NCBI GenBank assembly: GCA_945487035.1
Contig: CALYTI010000008.1
Span: forward strand, 240-64,239
Reading direction: 5' to 3'
Length of the DNA: 64,000 nt
DNA from: an uncultured Bacteroidales bacterium
Lineage (GTDB): Bacteria; Bacteroidota; Bacteroidia; Bacteroidales; UBA932
Part shown: one piece after another, positions 30,654 through 39,668 of the stretch
Numbering within the stretch: position 1 is the first letter of the stretch
How the letters are laid out: each line of letters begins with the position of its first letter
The notes under the pieces: generated by a model
Database searches by the model: none
What the model was told of the DNA's origin: nothing
The model's input: only the letters and a program-made list of their open reading frames with translations
Translations under genes and position numbers: made by a program

Positions 30654-31220
30654 TTACAAAAAGTTCGGAAACAGGAGAACGAGCAGCACGAAGCCTGCAG
30701 GTCCTATCCTGTCCCGGAGAAATCTGAGTGCCTGGTAAAGATGGTTTTCTACGGTTCTTACAGGCATATTCATAAGCTCAGAGATTTCTTTTGCGGATAA
30801 ATTGTTGATATACGAAAGGCGGAACACGCTTCTGCGGTCCTCCGGCAATTCGTCCGCAAGATTCATGATTTTCTCGTAAAGGTCTTTCCGGCCTATTCTC
30901 TCGAACAGGTCTTCGCAGCTGCCCTCAAACCATTCGAGCTCCTGCTTTTTGATATAGGAGAGACTCTCAGTCTGAAAGCCCGAGGCTTTGCGGCGCAGCT
31001 TGTCGATGGAACGGCTGCGTGCCGCTTTCATCAAGTACGCATTGAGGTGGGCGTCATCGGGGAAATCCAGGCTGGAGCGTTTGTTCCAGAGTGAAGAGAA
31101 CACATCCTGAGCTATGTCCTCCGCATCCTGACGGGAATGCAGCAGGGAAGCGAAGCCTACTATTTTGGGATAGTAAGCTTTTATTATCCTTTCAAACGAC
31201 TCTGTGTTGACATAACCCAT
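30654..31220 (-). CDS. ECF sigma-70 factor (Bacteroidota PUL type)
   Basis: DAEDIAQDVF, LPEDRRSVFRL, KEISELMNMPVRTVENHLYQAL; start at ATG 31220 after TAACTTTG. Confidence 0.92.
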   Translation of the reverse strand: MGYVNTESFERIIKAYYPKIVGFASLLHSRQDAEDIAQDVFSSLWNKRSSLDFPDDAHLNAYLMKAARSRSIDKLRRKASGFQTESLSYIKKQELEWFEGSCEDLFERIGRKDLYEKIMNLADELPEDRRSVFRLSYINNLSAKEISELMNMPVRTVENHLYQALRFLRDRIGPAGFVLLVLLFPNFL

Positions 31221-31236
31221 TAACACAAAGTTACGA

Positions 31237-32592
31237 TTATTTTCCTTCAGCGCAATATTGTCCGGCCAAAAGCCCCGTGCAGAACGCGAGATGCAGGTTG
31301 TAGCCTCCGGTGTCGCAGTCCAGGTCCAGAACCTCACCGCAGAAGTGCAGGCCCGGTATGAGTCTGGATTCCAGGCTCTTGGCAACCACCTCGTCGGTGC
31401 TCACCCCGCCCGCGGTCACCACGCAGCGCTCGTAACCCACATAGCCTGCGATATCGAAGCGCCAGCATTTCAGGGCCTTGGCTATTTCAAGCATATTGAC
31501 CCAAACCTTGGTGTCGCTGCGTCCCTTGCGTTCGAGGGTGATAATCTGGGGATGGCAGGCTGTAAAGGCCGGTATCAGGTCCCAAGGCATAAGTTTTCCC
31601 AGCAGGATGCGGCATTTTTCCTTTTCGCGCAGGCGGATGGACCTGGGGTCGTGGTCCACTTCCTTCCACAGTTCGCGCACCCGTACCAGCAGCTCTTCCA
31701 GAGGCACGCCGTGCTTCATATCTATAAGTACGCTCACGCGCGAGCCGTTGACCAGCGACTTGACAGCCTTGCGGCTGATCTGGAATCCGACCGGACCCTC
31801 CAGCCCTCCGTCGGTGAAATCGATATCGCCGAACTCCTCCTGCGCAAGGGTTCCCTGGACCAGCAGCTGCACGCCTACATTCTTGAGTGACACGCCGTTA
31901 AGCTTTTCTCCCAGCTCGGCAAAAGGGGTGCTGCGGTCTATGTGCAGGTCCTTGCCCTCCTGCTGCTTGTAGCCTCTCGGCACCAGCGCGGTAAGTGAAG
32001 GGAAGGTAGGAACTATCTTATGTCCAAGGGCCTCGGCCCAGCGCAGTCCGTCTCCCGTTGAGCCGGTCGTAGGGTAGCTAAGCCCGCCGGTTGCGATGAT
32101 GAGCTTGCGGCAGGTCCACACGCCCCCGTCCTTCAGCTTGAGAGTAAAGCCTTCCGGCCTATATTGCACCTCCAGAACCTCCGCCTCTGTCTCGATCTTG
32201 ACCCCCTTGCTGTAGCACGCACTGACCAGAGTGTCCACCACATCCGAAGCCCGGTGCGACTCGGGGAAGGCCCTGTCGCCCCTTTCTACGATCACAGGCA
32301 TACCGTAGCCTTCAAAGAAGTCGATGAGCTTCTGCGGAGTAAGGTTGAAGAAGGAAGGCTTGACGAAATTCGGCTTGGTGCGGATATGGGTGCTGAACTC
32401 GTTCCAGTCCTTGAGGTTGGTGAAGTTGCAGCGTCCCTTGCCGGTAATCATCACCTTGCGGGCGGCGCGGGGCATCTTCTCGAGCACCACCACGGACGCA
32501 TCGCTTCCTTTCGACACAAGGGCATCAGCCGCGCCCCAGGCCGCCATCAGGCCTGCTGCGCCGCCTCCAATTACTATGATATCTGCTTTCAT
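31237..32592 (-). CDS. HI0933-family FAD-dependent flavoprotein
   Basis: IGGGAAG, ITGKGRCNFTN, ATGGLSYPTTGSTGDG, GEVLDLDCDTGGYNL. Confidence 0.9.
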   Translation of the reverse strand: MKADIIVIGGGAAGLMAAWGAADALVSKGSDASVVVLEKMPRAARKVMITGKGRCNFTNLKDWNEFSTHIRTKPNFVKPSFFNLTPQKLIDFFEGYGMPVIVERGDRAFPESHRASDVVDTLVSACYSKGVKIETEAEVLEVQYRPEGFTLKLKDGGVWTCRKLIIATGGLSYPTTGSTGDGLRWAEALGHKIVPTFPSLTALVPRGYKQQEGKDLHIDRSTPFAELGEKLNGVSLKNVGVQLLVQGTLAQEEFGDIDFTDGGLEGPVGFQISRKAVKSLVNGSRVSVLIDMKHGVPLEELLVRVRELWKEVDHDPRSIRLREKEKCRILLGKLMPWDLIPAFTACHPQIITLERKGRSDTKVWVNMLEIAKALKCWRFDIAGYVGYERCVVTAGGVSTDEVVAKSLESRLIPGLHFCGEVLDLDCDTGGYNLHLAFCTGLLAGQYCAEGK

Positions 32593-32609
32593 AAGGGGAT
32601 ACGAAAAAA

Positions 32610-32706
32610 GGGAAAGCTTAGCACATCGCACCGCTACAACCTCCTGCCCTTGCTACCTTCCGGTCCTGGGGGAGTTCAGAGGGAGCTGGTCGTGTACGAC
32701 TTTCCC
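32610..32706 (-). ncRNA. ffs: Signal recognition particle RNA (4.5S)
   Basis: Reverse complement GGGAAAG...CAGGACCGGAAGGTAGCAAG...CTTTCCC: terminal stem plus conserved domain-IV GGAA loop; TATCTTTG box 4 nt upstream (32711-32718). Confidence 0.92.
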
Positions 32707-32732
32707 ATTGCAAAGATAATAATATTTTTTGA

Positions 32733-33548
32733 TTATCTGACTTCGTCCAGCGGGACAGCAGGCCAAATATTGTCCACTCCCATCCTTTCGACCATTTCCT
32801 TGTGGGCCTGCTCGCGCAGTTTGTTCACTTCCTCCTTGCGTCTTGCTTCTTTGTCAGGGAAGACCGGCTCAAGTATGCTTATCGTCATAAGAGGCTGGTC
32901 CTTGGAGCCGAACAGGCGGTAAAGGCCCTTTCTCTCCCGGAAAGTGATAACCAGAGGCAGTACAGGGATATTGTACTTGTAGGCCATAGTGAAAGCTCCC
33001 TTGCGGAAAGGCCTCAGGTAAGGGTAATAGTCCCAACGGACCTCCTCAGGGAAAACGTGAATCCAGTCCTTGCGCTCGTGGAACTTGTCGAAAGCCTCGT
33101 CGAACTTGCGCATACCGGCAATGCTTTCGGCCACCGGCACTCCGCCCATAGAGTGGATCATCCAGTAGAAGCCCTTGTTGTTGAAATGCTTGGCATACAT
33201 AGGGATGTGCATAGAGCGGAACTTGCGCACAGCGTGGCACACAATCACCGCATCCATCAGGAAAACGTGGTTGCACACGGTCAGGGCTCCGCCTTCGAAC
33301 TCCTTGCGGTATTTCTTCAGGATGTCGCGTCCCTCGACCTTCAGTCCCTTGGCTACCTTTATATATGGTATTGCCAGGAAATGGAGCACGAAAGAGCAGA
33401 GTGCCCTGTTGAACCTGTACCAGAGGCTGTCTTCGTAATATGGATAATTCTCGTCAAACTGGAAGCGGCCCTGGCTGCTGTCCTTGACCTTGACTTTCAT
33501 CATTCTCTCGTGGGGAGAGTCCGGATAGATTCTGTTGCCGATTTTCAT
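32733..33548 (-). CDS. Lysophospholipid acyltransferase (PlsC-like)
   Basis: CNHVFLMD (NHxxxxD), HVFPEE, PFRKGAF, PVLP. Confidence 0.85.
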   Translation of the reverse strand: MKIGNRIYPDSPHERMMKVKVKDSSQGRFQFDENYPYYEDSLWYRFNRALCSFVLHFLAIPYIKVAKGLKVEGRDILKKYRKEFEGGALTVCNHVFLMDAVIVCHAVRKFRSMHIPMYAKHFNNKGFYWMIHSMGGVPVAESIAGMRKFDEAFDKFHERKDWIHVFPEEVRWDYYPYLRPFRKGAFTMAYKYNIPVLPLVITFRERKGLYRLFGSKDQPLMTISILEPVFPDKEARRKEEVNKLREQAHKEMVERMGVDNIWPAVPLDEVR

Positions 33549-33614
33549 AATGCACGAAGATAGCACTTTTCCAAAAAATAAAGATTAAATTTGTGCTCCG
33601 AATCAGCAAAATCT

Positions 33615-34181
33615 ATGAATATCCCGGTAATAACAGCAAGTGGAAAAGTCATCGTGCGCCCGGACACCACCTGGGAGCGCGACAATGAGGATGTGTATCT
33701 CCCGGAATTTGTGAACAGCCTGAGCTGGACTCCCGTTTTCTTCGCAAGGGTGAGCAAGCCTGGGCGCAGCATAGGCCGTGCCTTCGCTTCCCGCTATTAT
33801 GACGGAATAGGCTTTGGAGTCCTGCTCTATCCGGATGACCTGCTGGACGGAAGCGAGGAAGGCTTTGCCTGCGCCAGCTGCCTGGACAAAACCTCTTTTC
33901 TTCCTTTCCCTATCTACAATCCTGTTACTCTCGGTGTGGAAGGCAACGAGTTTGTGCTCCAAAAGGATGGAGTTGAACTGTACCGCAGCTCGCAAGGCTC
34001 CCGGCAGATGGCTGAAGAGGCCCTTGTGAAGGCATCTTCGCGCTGCTATCTCAGGGTCGGGGATATTGTCGCCGTGGAACTGCAGCCCCGTCAGAAACTG
34101 AGTACGCGCACCGAGGGTTCGGTACGCGTTACAGGAACTTGGTGTGAAAATCCTACTGTGGATTTCAAAATTGTCTTTTGA
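33615..34181 (+). CDS. Divergent fumarylacetoacetate-hydrolase-family protein
   Basis: RPDT..YLPEF, ARVSKPGRSIGRAFASRYYD and LRVGD match the Bacteroidota FAH-family pattern; metal ligands appear substituted. Confidence 0.65.
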   Translation: MNIPVITASGKVIVRPDTTWERDNEDVYLPEFVNSLSWTPVFFARVSKPGRSIGRAFASRYYDGIGFGVLLYPDDLLDGSEEGFACASCLDKTSFLPFPIYNPVTLGVEGNEFVLQKDGVELYRSSQGSRQMAEEALVKASSRCYLRVGDIVAVELQPRQKLSTRTEGSVRVTGTWCENPTVDFKIVF

Positions 34182-34253
34182 GCCACATGGCAGGCTTGAA
34201 CTGCCGACCTTCGCGTTACGAATGCGATGCTCTACCAACTGAGCTAATGTGGC
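34181..34253 (-). tRNA. tRNA-Thr(CGT)
   Basis: GCCACATTAGCTCAGTTGGTAGAGCA-TCGCATT-CGT-AACGCGA-AGGTCGGCAGTTCAAGCCTGCCATGTGGCT; CCA not encoded; -7 box at 34264-34271. Confidence 0.96.
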
Positions 34254-34281
34254 AAAGGGACTGCAAAGATAATAAAAAATC

Positions 34282-35319
34282 TTATTGTTGCAGTTTTTTC
34301 GCTATCTTCTTCCACTTGTCGCGGGCAAGCTGCTGCATATCCCGGACAGTATCCATCTCATCCACGATTTCGTCACCGATAAGGGTCTCGATTACATCTT
34401 CAAGGGTCAGGATGCCCTGGAAGCAGCCATACTCGTCGATAATCACCGAAATCTGCTCGTCCTTCTCGATCATCACATCCCAGATTTCATCCAGAGGCTT
34501 GTCTTTAGGGAATGACTGTATTTCCCTTCTGATGCTGCCGAGAGTCACGTCAAACTTGTCCTCTGCCATCAGCTGCACGGCCTCCATCCTCAGGATGTAG
34601 CCGGTGATGTATTCTTCATCCTTGTCATAAACCGGAATGCGGCTGTGATGAAGGTAGCGCTTGTCCTTGAAGAACTGCTTTGCGGTCATAGTTTCCGGTG
34701 CTATGTCGCAGACGACCCGCGGAGTCATAGCGTCCGAAGCAATCACCTCGTCCATATTGATGAGGTTCTGGATAATGGTATTCTCATCCTCCTCCAGGTC
34801 TCCTCCTTCTTCGGCAACATTTGCCATTGCGCTCACCTCCTCGCGGGATACCATAGTATCCGGCTCCTTGGGACTGATCAGATTGGTCAGCAACTCTACC
34901 AGGCGTACGACAGGGTAGAGAAGATATATCAGGCCGGTAAGTACTACCGTGGTGAAACCCATAAGGGACTTCCAGCGGGTGGTACCTATGGTCTTCGGGA
35001 TTATTTCCGAGAAAACCAGAATCAGGATGGTGGTAATTGCACTGACCACTCCGAACCACGCGCTTCCGAAAACTATCGTAGCCTGCTGGCCCACGCCTGC
35101 AGCACCTATGGTATTGGCAATGGTGTTGAGGCTGAGGATGGCGGCAATAGGCCTGGACGACTCCTGCTTGTACTGCTTGAATTTGACAGCAGGCTTGTAT
35201 CCTTCTTCCTCTCTCATAGTCACATAGGAAAGAGGAGTGGACATCAGCGTTGCCTCCAGCAGGGAGCAGAGGAACGAGATGCACATTGCCGAAAGCAGAA
35301 AAGCCAGAAGCAAACCCAT
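34282..35319 (-). CDS. CNNM/DUF21 + CBS domain protein (CorB/HlyC-like)
   Basis: SFLCSLLEATLMS, LNTIANTIGAAGVG, SEIIPKTIG, MTPR, HSRIPVY, DEYG..GILTLED. Confidence 0.92.
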   Translation of the reverse strand: MGLLLAFLLSAMCISFLCSLLEATLMSTPLSYVTMREEEGYKPAVKFKQYKQESSRPIAAILSLNTIANTIGAAGVGQQATIVFGSAWFGVVSAITTILILVFSEIIPKTIGTTRWKSLMGFTTVVLTGLIYLLYPVVRLVELLTNLISPKEPDTMVSREEVSAMANVAEEGGDLEEDENTIIQNLINMDEVIASDAMTPRVVCDIAPETMTAKQFFKDKRYLHHSRIPVYDKDEEYITGYILRMEAVQLMAEDKFDVTLGSIRREIQSFPKDKPLDEIWDVMIEKDEQISVIIDEYGCFQGILTLEDVIETLIGDEIVDEMDTVRDMQQLARDKWKKIAKKLQQ

Positions 35320-35320
35320 C

Positions 35321-36160
35321 CTAGAAGAGTTTTGTGTTGAACTTGGCAGCCAGGCGCTCGCGGTTGTATTCTTCCTCAAGGCGGGCGAACTGGTGCTTGG
35401 TGTCGAGAGTGAAGGCTCCCTCCTGAATCCAGCGGAAGTAGCTGCGGTCCGTATTGAATACCTCGCGTACCGTCTTGCCCTTGTGCTTGCCGAAGTTGAC
35501 TGTAGGCTCTCCGCCCTCGCCGACCACAATCATTCCGGCAAAGTCAACAGCTTTCTTTGTGACATAGGATGCGAGCGAAGCTACATCGTTCTTCAGTACA
35601 TCCGGGTAGCGGTCCAGCTGGCCCTTGAGCACTTCGTAAGTGGCTATGGTATCGGCCTCAGCCGTATGGGCATTGTCGAAATCCTCTCCTCCGCAGTAGA
35701 AACGGTAGGCGGCACGCAGGTTGCGCGGCTCCATTGCGTGGTAGATATTCTGCACATCCACCATCTTCGGAGCGTGAAGGTCCACCTTCAGGTCCTTGCC
35801 GGCGAGTTTCGCCCTCTCAAACTCTTCTGCGAGCATGGGAAGGTCGAACTTCGCTGAATTGAAGCCGGCAAGGTCGCTGTTCTCAAGCCAGGAAGCCACT
35901 TCATCTGCCACTTCGTAGAAGGTCGGGCAGTCCACGAGCATATCGTCCGTTACCCCGTTTACCTTAGAAGCCTGAGGGTCGATAGGCCTCTGGCATTGTT
36001 TGAGGTAGTCCCAAGGCTTGATTTTCCAGGTCTTGATGCGCTGCTCTCCTCCGGGAAGGATTTTCACGAAGCTGAGCTCGATAATGGAGTCGTTGGGTAT
36101 GTTGAGCCCCGTGCTCTCTATGTCGAAGAACAAAAGGGGGCGCTGCAGATTGAGTTCCAT
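35321..36160 (-). CDS. dnaQ: DEDDh 3'-5' exonuclease (DNA Pol III epsilon-like)
   Basis: FFDIESTG, GFNSAKFD, AHTAEAD, FGKHKG; adjacent to dnaN. Confidence 0.85.
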   Translation of the reverse strand: MELNLQRPLLFFDIESTGLNIPNDSIIELSFVKILPGGEQRIKTWKIKPWDYLKQCQRPIDPQASKVNGVTDDMLVDCPTFYEVADEVASWLENSDLAGFNSAKFDLPMLAEEFERAKLAGKDLKVDLHAPKMVDVQNIYHAMEPRNLRAAYRFYCGGEDFDNAHTAEADTIATYEVLKGQLDRYPDVLKNDVASLASYVTKKAVDFAGMIVVGEGGEPTVNFGKHKGKTVREVFNTDRSYFRWIQEGAFTLDTKHQFARLEEEYNRERLAAKFNTKLF

Positions 36161-36173
36161 TGACGGCAGACTC

Positions 36174-37292
36174 TTATGAAACCATTATCGGCATTATGAT
36201 GCCGCAGATTTTCTCGCTCTCGGCTTCCTCTTCGGAAGGTACGATGAGGGCGGCCCTGCGTGCATCCGCAAATTTCATCACTACGGTCTCGCAAGTCATA
36301 TTGCTGAGAATCTCGATGAGGAAGCTGCTCTTGAAACCGATAGTCAGGTCATCTCCGTTGTAGTCGCAGGTGAGCTTCTCGTAGGCAGCAATCGCAAAGC
36401 CGAGGTCCTGGGCTGTGATTTCAACCTGTCCGGCCTTGAGGTCGAACTTGATGTGGTTGGAAGCCTTGTTGGCGCAGACTGCAACGCGCTTCACGGTGTT
36501 AAGAAGCTGGGCCCTGTCGATTTTGAGGATATTGGCGTTGTTCTGAGGAATCACGTCGCGGTACTTCGGATATCTGCCTACAATCAGGCGGCAGACCATC
36601 ATCGTAGGGCCGAACTTGAAGACCGCTGTGTTGACATCGAAGGAAAGCTCCACAGTCTCCACATCCTTGCCTATGATTGCGCGGAGCACTCCCGCAGGCT
36701 TTTTGTGGAGGATGAAGGAGGCCTTGACAGGGCTCTGCAGGTCAGTGTCGGTGTAGCAGATAAGCTTGTGCGAATCCGAAGCTACGAGTGTACTGCTCTG
36801 CTCGTCGAGGTCGAAGAAGATACCGTTCATGGTTGGACGCATTTCGTCGTCAGCTGTAGCGTAAATGGTGCCGCTGATGCCGTCAACAAGGGCCTGTGCA
36901 GGGAAAACAACAGTGCTTGCATCCTCGCCCGCACCCTTGATTTCAGGATAGTCCTCGGCCGGGAAGAAAGGAAGGGATGAGTTTCCGTTCGCCCAGGTGC
37001 ACTCGAAAGAGCTGTCGGAAGTGGTTTTGAAGGAAATAGGCTGGTCGGGAAGTGCCTTGATGAGGTCCATCATCTGATGGGCCGGCACTGCCATGCTGCC
37101 ATCCTCCCTTGCATCTACGCTGATGTTTGTACGGAGTGTGAGTTCCTGGTCTGATGCAGTGATTTCGAGGTTCCCGTCCTTAACGGTGAAAAGGAAGTTT
37201 TCCAAAATGGAGATTGGCGACTTTGCAGGGATGGCCCTGGCCACATCGCTGAGTCCTTTGAGGAGTTCTGCACTTGAAACGTTGAATTCCAT
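36174..37292 (-). CDS. dnaN: DNA polymerase III beta clamp
   Basis: 372 aa; ILENFL, DEMRPTMNG, VASDSHKL, GRYPKY, IMP C-terminus. Confidence 0.96.
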   Translation of the reverse strand: MEFNVSSAELLKGLSDVARAIPAKSPISILENFLFTVKDGNLEITASDQELTLRTNISVDAREDGSMAVPAHQMMDLIKALPDQPISFKTTSDSSFECTWANGNSSLPFFPAEDYPEIKGAGEDASTVVFPAQALVDGISGTIYATADDEMRPTMNGIFFDLDEQSSTLVASDSHKLICYTDTDLQSPVKASFILHKKPAGVLRAIIGKDVETVELSFDVNTAVFKFGPTMMVCRLIVGRYPKYRDVIPQNNANILKIDRAQLLNTVKRVAVCANKASNHIKFDLKAGQVEITAQDLGFAIAAYEKLTCDYNGDDLTIGFKSSFLIEILSNMTCETVVMKFADARRAALIVPSEEEAESEKICGIIMPIMVS

Positions 37293-37353
37293 ATTATATA
37301 TATCCAGTTGTTTTTAGTATGTCCACAAATGTAGCAATTTTTACTCAAAAGCG

Positions 37354-37368
37354 TGGCATATTATTTGA
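37354..37368 (+). promoter_or_regulatory. Sigma54-like -24/-12 element upstream of degP
   Basis: TGGCATATTATTTGA = GG-N10-GA (variant -12 box). Confidence 0.45.
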
Positions 37369-37414
37369 CTTTATTATAAAGGAAAGTTCAGAACACTTAA
37401 AATACACAATAGAA

Positions 37415-38791
37415 ATGAATAGAATGAAACTTTTGGCTGCCCTTGCAGCCGTCACAATCTCGGCACTGCCACTCAGTGCTGCCAATTTGTCAGAGTCACA
37501 GGATTACCCGGATTTCACCTACGCTGCGGAAACTGCCGTCAACGGTGTGGTTTACGTGGAGGTGACCATCAACCAGAACTATCCGTCCAACCAGATCAGC
37601 GACCCTTTCTTCCGTTTCTTCTTCGGAGATGAGGTTCAGCCTCAGAGCCGTGAGCGCAAGGGAAGCGGTTCCGGAGTCATCATCCGCGAGGACGGTTACA
37701 TCGTGACCAACAACCACGTGGTTGCAGACGCATCCAAGGTAAGGGTCACACTCTACAATGATATGAGCTATGATGCCACCGTAGTGGGTACAGACCCGGC
37801 TACCGATGTGGCACTCCTTAAAATCGATGCCAAAGGACTTCCGGTTATCCCGTTTGCGGATTCCGACCAGCTCCGTCTCGGAGAATGGGTGCTTGCAATC
37901 GGTTCCCCTTATGACCTGCGTTCCACCATTACAGCCGGAATCGTCAGCGCCAAGGGCCGCTCAATGCCGAATTATACCGGTGAATTCAAAATCGAGTCCT
38001 TCATCCAGACCGATGCTGCCGTTAACCCCGGCAACTCAGGCGGTGCGCTTGTCAACAAGAGGGGAGAGCTCGTCGGTGTCAATACCGCAATCATCAGCCA
38101 GACAGGCTCCTATACCGGATATTCTTTCGCCGTCCCTTCCAATATCGTGAAGAAAATCGTTGCCGACCTTATCGACTTCGGCTCCGTGCGCAGGGCGAAA
38201 CTCGGTGTAATGATGAGCCCGGTTGACGAAAAAGTTGCATCCGAAATGAAACTTTCTTCGCTGAAGGGAGTATATATTGTTGAGGTTAGCAAAGGCAGCG
38301 CAGCTGACAAGGCCGGTATTCAGAAGGGTGACGTGCTCCTGAAGATTGGAGACAAGTCAATTCAGAGTCCTTCATCACTTCAGGAAATCGTCAACAGCTA
38401 CCATCCTGGCGACGTAGCAAAGGTTACTCTCGTACGTGACGGCAAGGAGAAGACCGTAAAGGTCACCTTCCAGGGAGAAGCCCAGCCGACAGGAACCAAA
38501 CTCGATGACGGTACTGTCGCATTCTATGGAGCGACTCTGCGTGCTGCAGACCCTAAGACCCTTTCCGCCCTGCGCGTTAAGAACGGTGTCGAAGTGGTTT
38601 CTGCCGGAAACGGAAAACTTGCTGCAAGCGGCGCTACCGACGGTCTGATCATACGTTATGTCAACGATCAGCCTGTCAGCAAGCCTCAGGATGTAGTGGA
38701 TCAGGCTGCAAAGGCCAAGAGGGCAATAGTCATAGAAGGACTCACCCCTTCCGGCAAGTCAGTCTTCTTCGCACTCGCCAAGGAGCAGTAA
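37415..38791 (+). CDS. degP: Do/DegP-family serine protease with PDZ domains
   Basis: GSGSGVI, TNNHVV, TDVALLKI, QTDAAVNPGNSGG; signal peptide. Confidence 0.93.
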   Translation: MNRMKLLAALAAVTISALPLSAANLSESQDYPDFTYAAETAVNGVVYVEVTINQNYPSNQISDPFFRFFFGDEVQPQSRERKGSGSGVIIREDGYIVTNNHVVADASKVRVTLYNDMSYDATVVGTDPATDVALLKIDAKGLPVIPFADSDQLRLGEWVLAIGSPYDLRSTITAGIVSAKGRSMPNYTGEFKIESFIQTDAAVNPGNSGGALVNKRGELVGVNTAIISQTGSYTGYSFAVPSNIVKKIVADLIDFGSVRRAKLGVMMSPVDEKVASEMKLSSLKGVYIVEVSKGSAADKAGIQKGDVLLKIGDKSIQSPSSLQEIVNSYHPGDVAKVTLVRDGKEKTVKVTFQGEAQPTGTKLDDGTVAFYGATLRAADPKTLSALRVKNGVEVVSAGNGKLAASGATDGLIIRYVNDQPVSKPQDVVDQAAKAKRAIVIEGLTPSGKSVFFALAKEQ

Positions 38792-38807
38792 AGTATTTTA
38801 ATGACAA

Positions 38808-39668
38808 ATGAGACAGCTTAAGATTACAAAGAGCATCACCAACCGCGAAAGCGCCTCCCTGGACAAATATCTCCAGGAGATAGGCCGCGAGGAGTTGGTA
38901 TCACCGGAAGAGGAAGTGGAACTTGCACAGAGAATCCGCAAGGGCGACCAGGCGGCTCTCGAGAAGCTCACCAAGGCAAACCTCAGGTTCGTGGTATCCG
39001 TTGCAAAACAGTACCAGAACCAGGGACTCAGCCTGCCGGACCTCATCAATGAAGGCAATCTCGGCCTCATCAAGGCAGCCGAGAAGTTTGACGAAACCCG
39101 CGGATTCAAATTCATCTCCTATGCAGTGTGGTGGATCCGCCAGTCCATACTCCAGGCTCTTGCAGAGCAGAGCCGCATTGTGCGCCTCCCTCTCAACCAG
39201 GTAGGTTCACTGAACAAAATCAACAAGGCGCTCGGCCGCTTCGAGCAGGAGAACGAGCGTCAGCCTTCAACCGAGGAACTCTCCGAGATGATAGATATCC
39301 CCCGTGACAAAATCGCCGATACCCTTCGTGTCTCAGGCCGTCACGTCAGTGTCGATGCGCCGTTTGTGGAGGGCGAGGACAACAGTCTTCTCGATGTCCT
39401 TCCGAACGATGATTCTCCGCTTGCAGACCGCGGACTCAACAACGAGTCCCTCAGCACAGAAATCGAGAGGGCACTCCAGATTCTCACTCCGCGCGAGAGG
39501 GAAATTGTCAAGTGCTTCTTCGGAATCGGCTGCCAGGAGATGACTCTGGAGGAAATCGGTGAGAACCTCGACCTCACACGCGAGCGCGTGCGCCAGATAA
39601 AGGAAAAGGCAATACGCAAGCTCAAGAAACCGTCTGCCAGCAAACTTCTCAAAACCTATCTCGGATAA
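38808..39668 (+). CDS. rpoD: Primary RNA polymerase sigma factor (short Bacteroidota RpoD)
   Basis: [61 protein letters not shown]. Confidence 0.97.
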   Translation: MRQLKITKSITNRESASLDKYLQEIGREELVSPEEEVELAQRIRKGDQAALEKLTKANLRFVVSVAKQYQNQGLSLPDLINEGNLGLIKAAEKFDETRGFKFISYAVWWIRQSILQALAEQSRIVRLPLNQVGSLNKINKALGRFEQENERQPSTEELSEMIDIPRDKIADTLRVSGRHVSVDAPFVEGEDNSLLDVLPNDDSPLADRGLNNESLSTEIERALQILTPREREIVKCFFGIGCQEMTLEEIGENLDLTRERVRQIKEKAIRKLKKPSASKLLKTYLG

